This document shows, in pieces, positions 25,716-26,537 of a stretch of DNA of 26,537 nt. Made by a program: the position numbers and the translations under genes. Position 1 is the first letter of the stretch; each line of letters starts with the position of its first letter. The notes beneath the pieces are model-generated. The model saw only the letters and a program-made list of their open reading frames with translations, was not told the DNA's origin and made no database searches. This stretch comes from Candidatus Eiseniibacteriota bacterium (lineage in GTDB: Bacteria > Eisenbacteria > RBG-16-71-46), in the NCBI GenBank assembly GCA_041483195.1, contig JBGPFC010000047.1:1-26537 (forward strand), given 5' to 3'.

Positions 25716-26537
<822 letters not shown>

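Overview
Very GC-rich bacterial DNA (roughly 70% by eye) from a diderm organism. A secreted protein ending ...TSWGSLKSIYR and a DGxGG-W-D-R repeat protein suggest Candidatus Eisenbacteria or a related FCB-associated lineage (inference only). The minus-strand backbone runs mfd, hypothetical exported protein, parvulin-type lipoprotein, surA-like chaperone, ftsE, ftsX, envC-like M23 protein, then a partial secreted repeat protein that runs off the left edge and is absent from the ORF track. A plus-strand cassette (PDZ-containing LytS-type kinase, LytTR regulator, secreted protein with a WGxLKxxYR tail) sits between the two chaperone genes. Upstream of mfd are a VapB45/VapC45-like toxin-antitoxin pair and a divergent TlpA-like redoxin / TSP3-OmpA pair. 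The right end is a MoxR - DUF58 - BatA/VWA cluster interleaved with an APC permease, two paralogous SAM methyltransferases and an unknown membrane-anchored protein. Several sigma70-like promoters with exact 17-bp spacers are readable, including one implying a leaderless ftsE mRNA. No rRNA, tRNA, CRISPR array, integrase or transposase was seen. Best leads: the putative C-terminal sorting motif, an FtsE with degenerate ATPase motifs, the PDZ-sensor cassette, and the cargo-loaded MoxR cluster.
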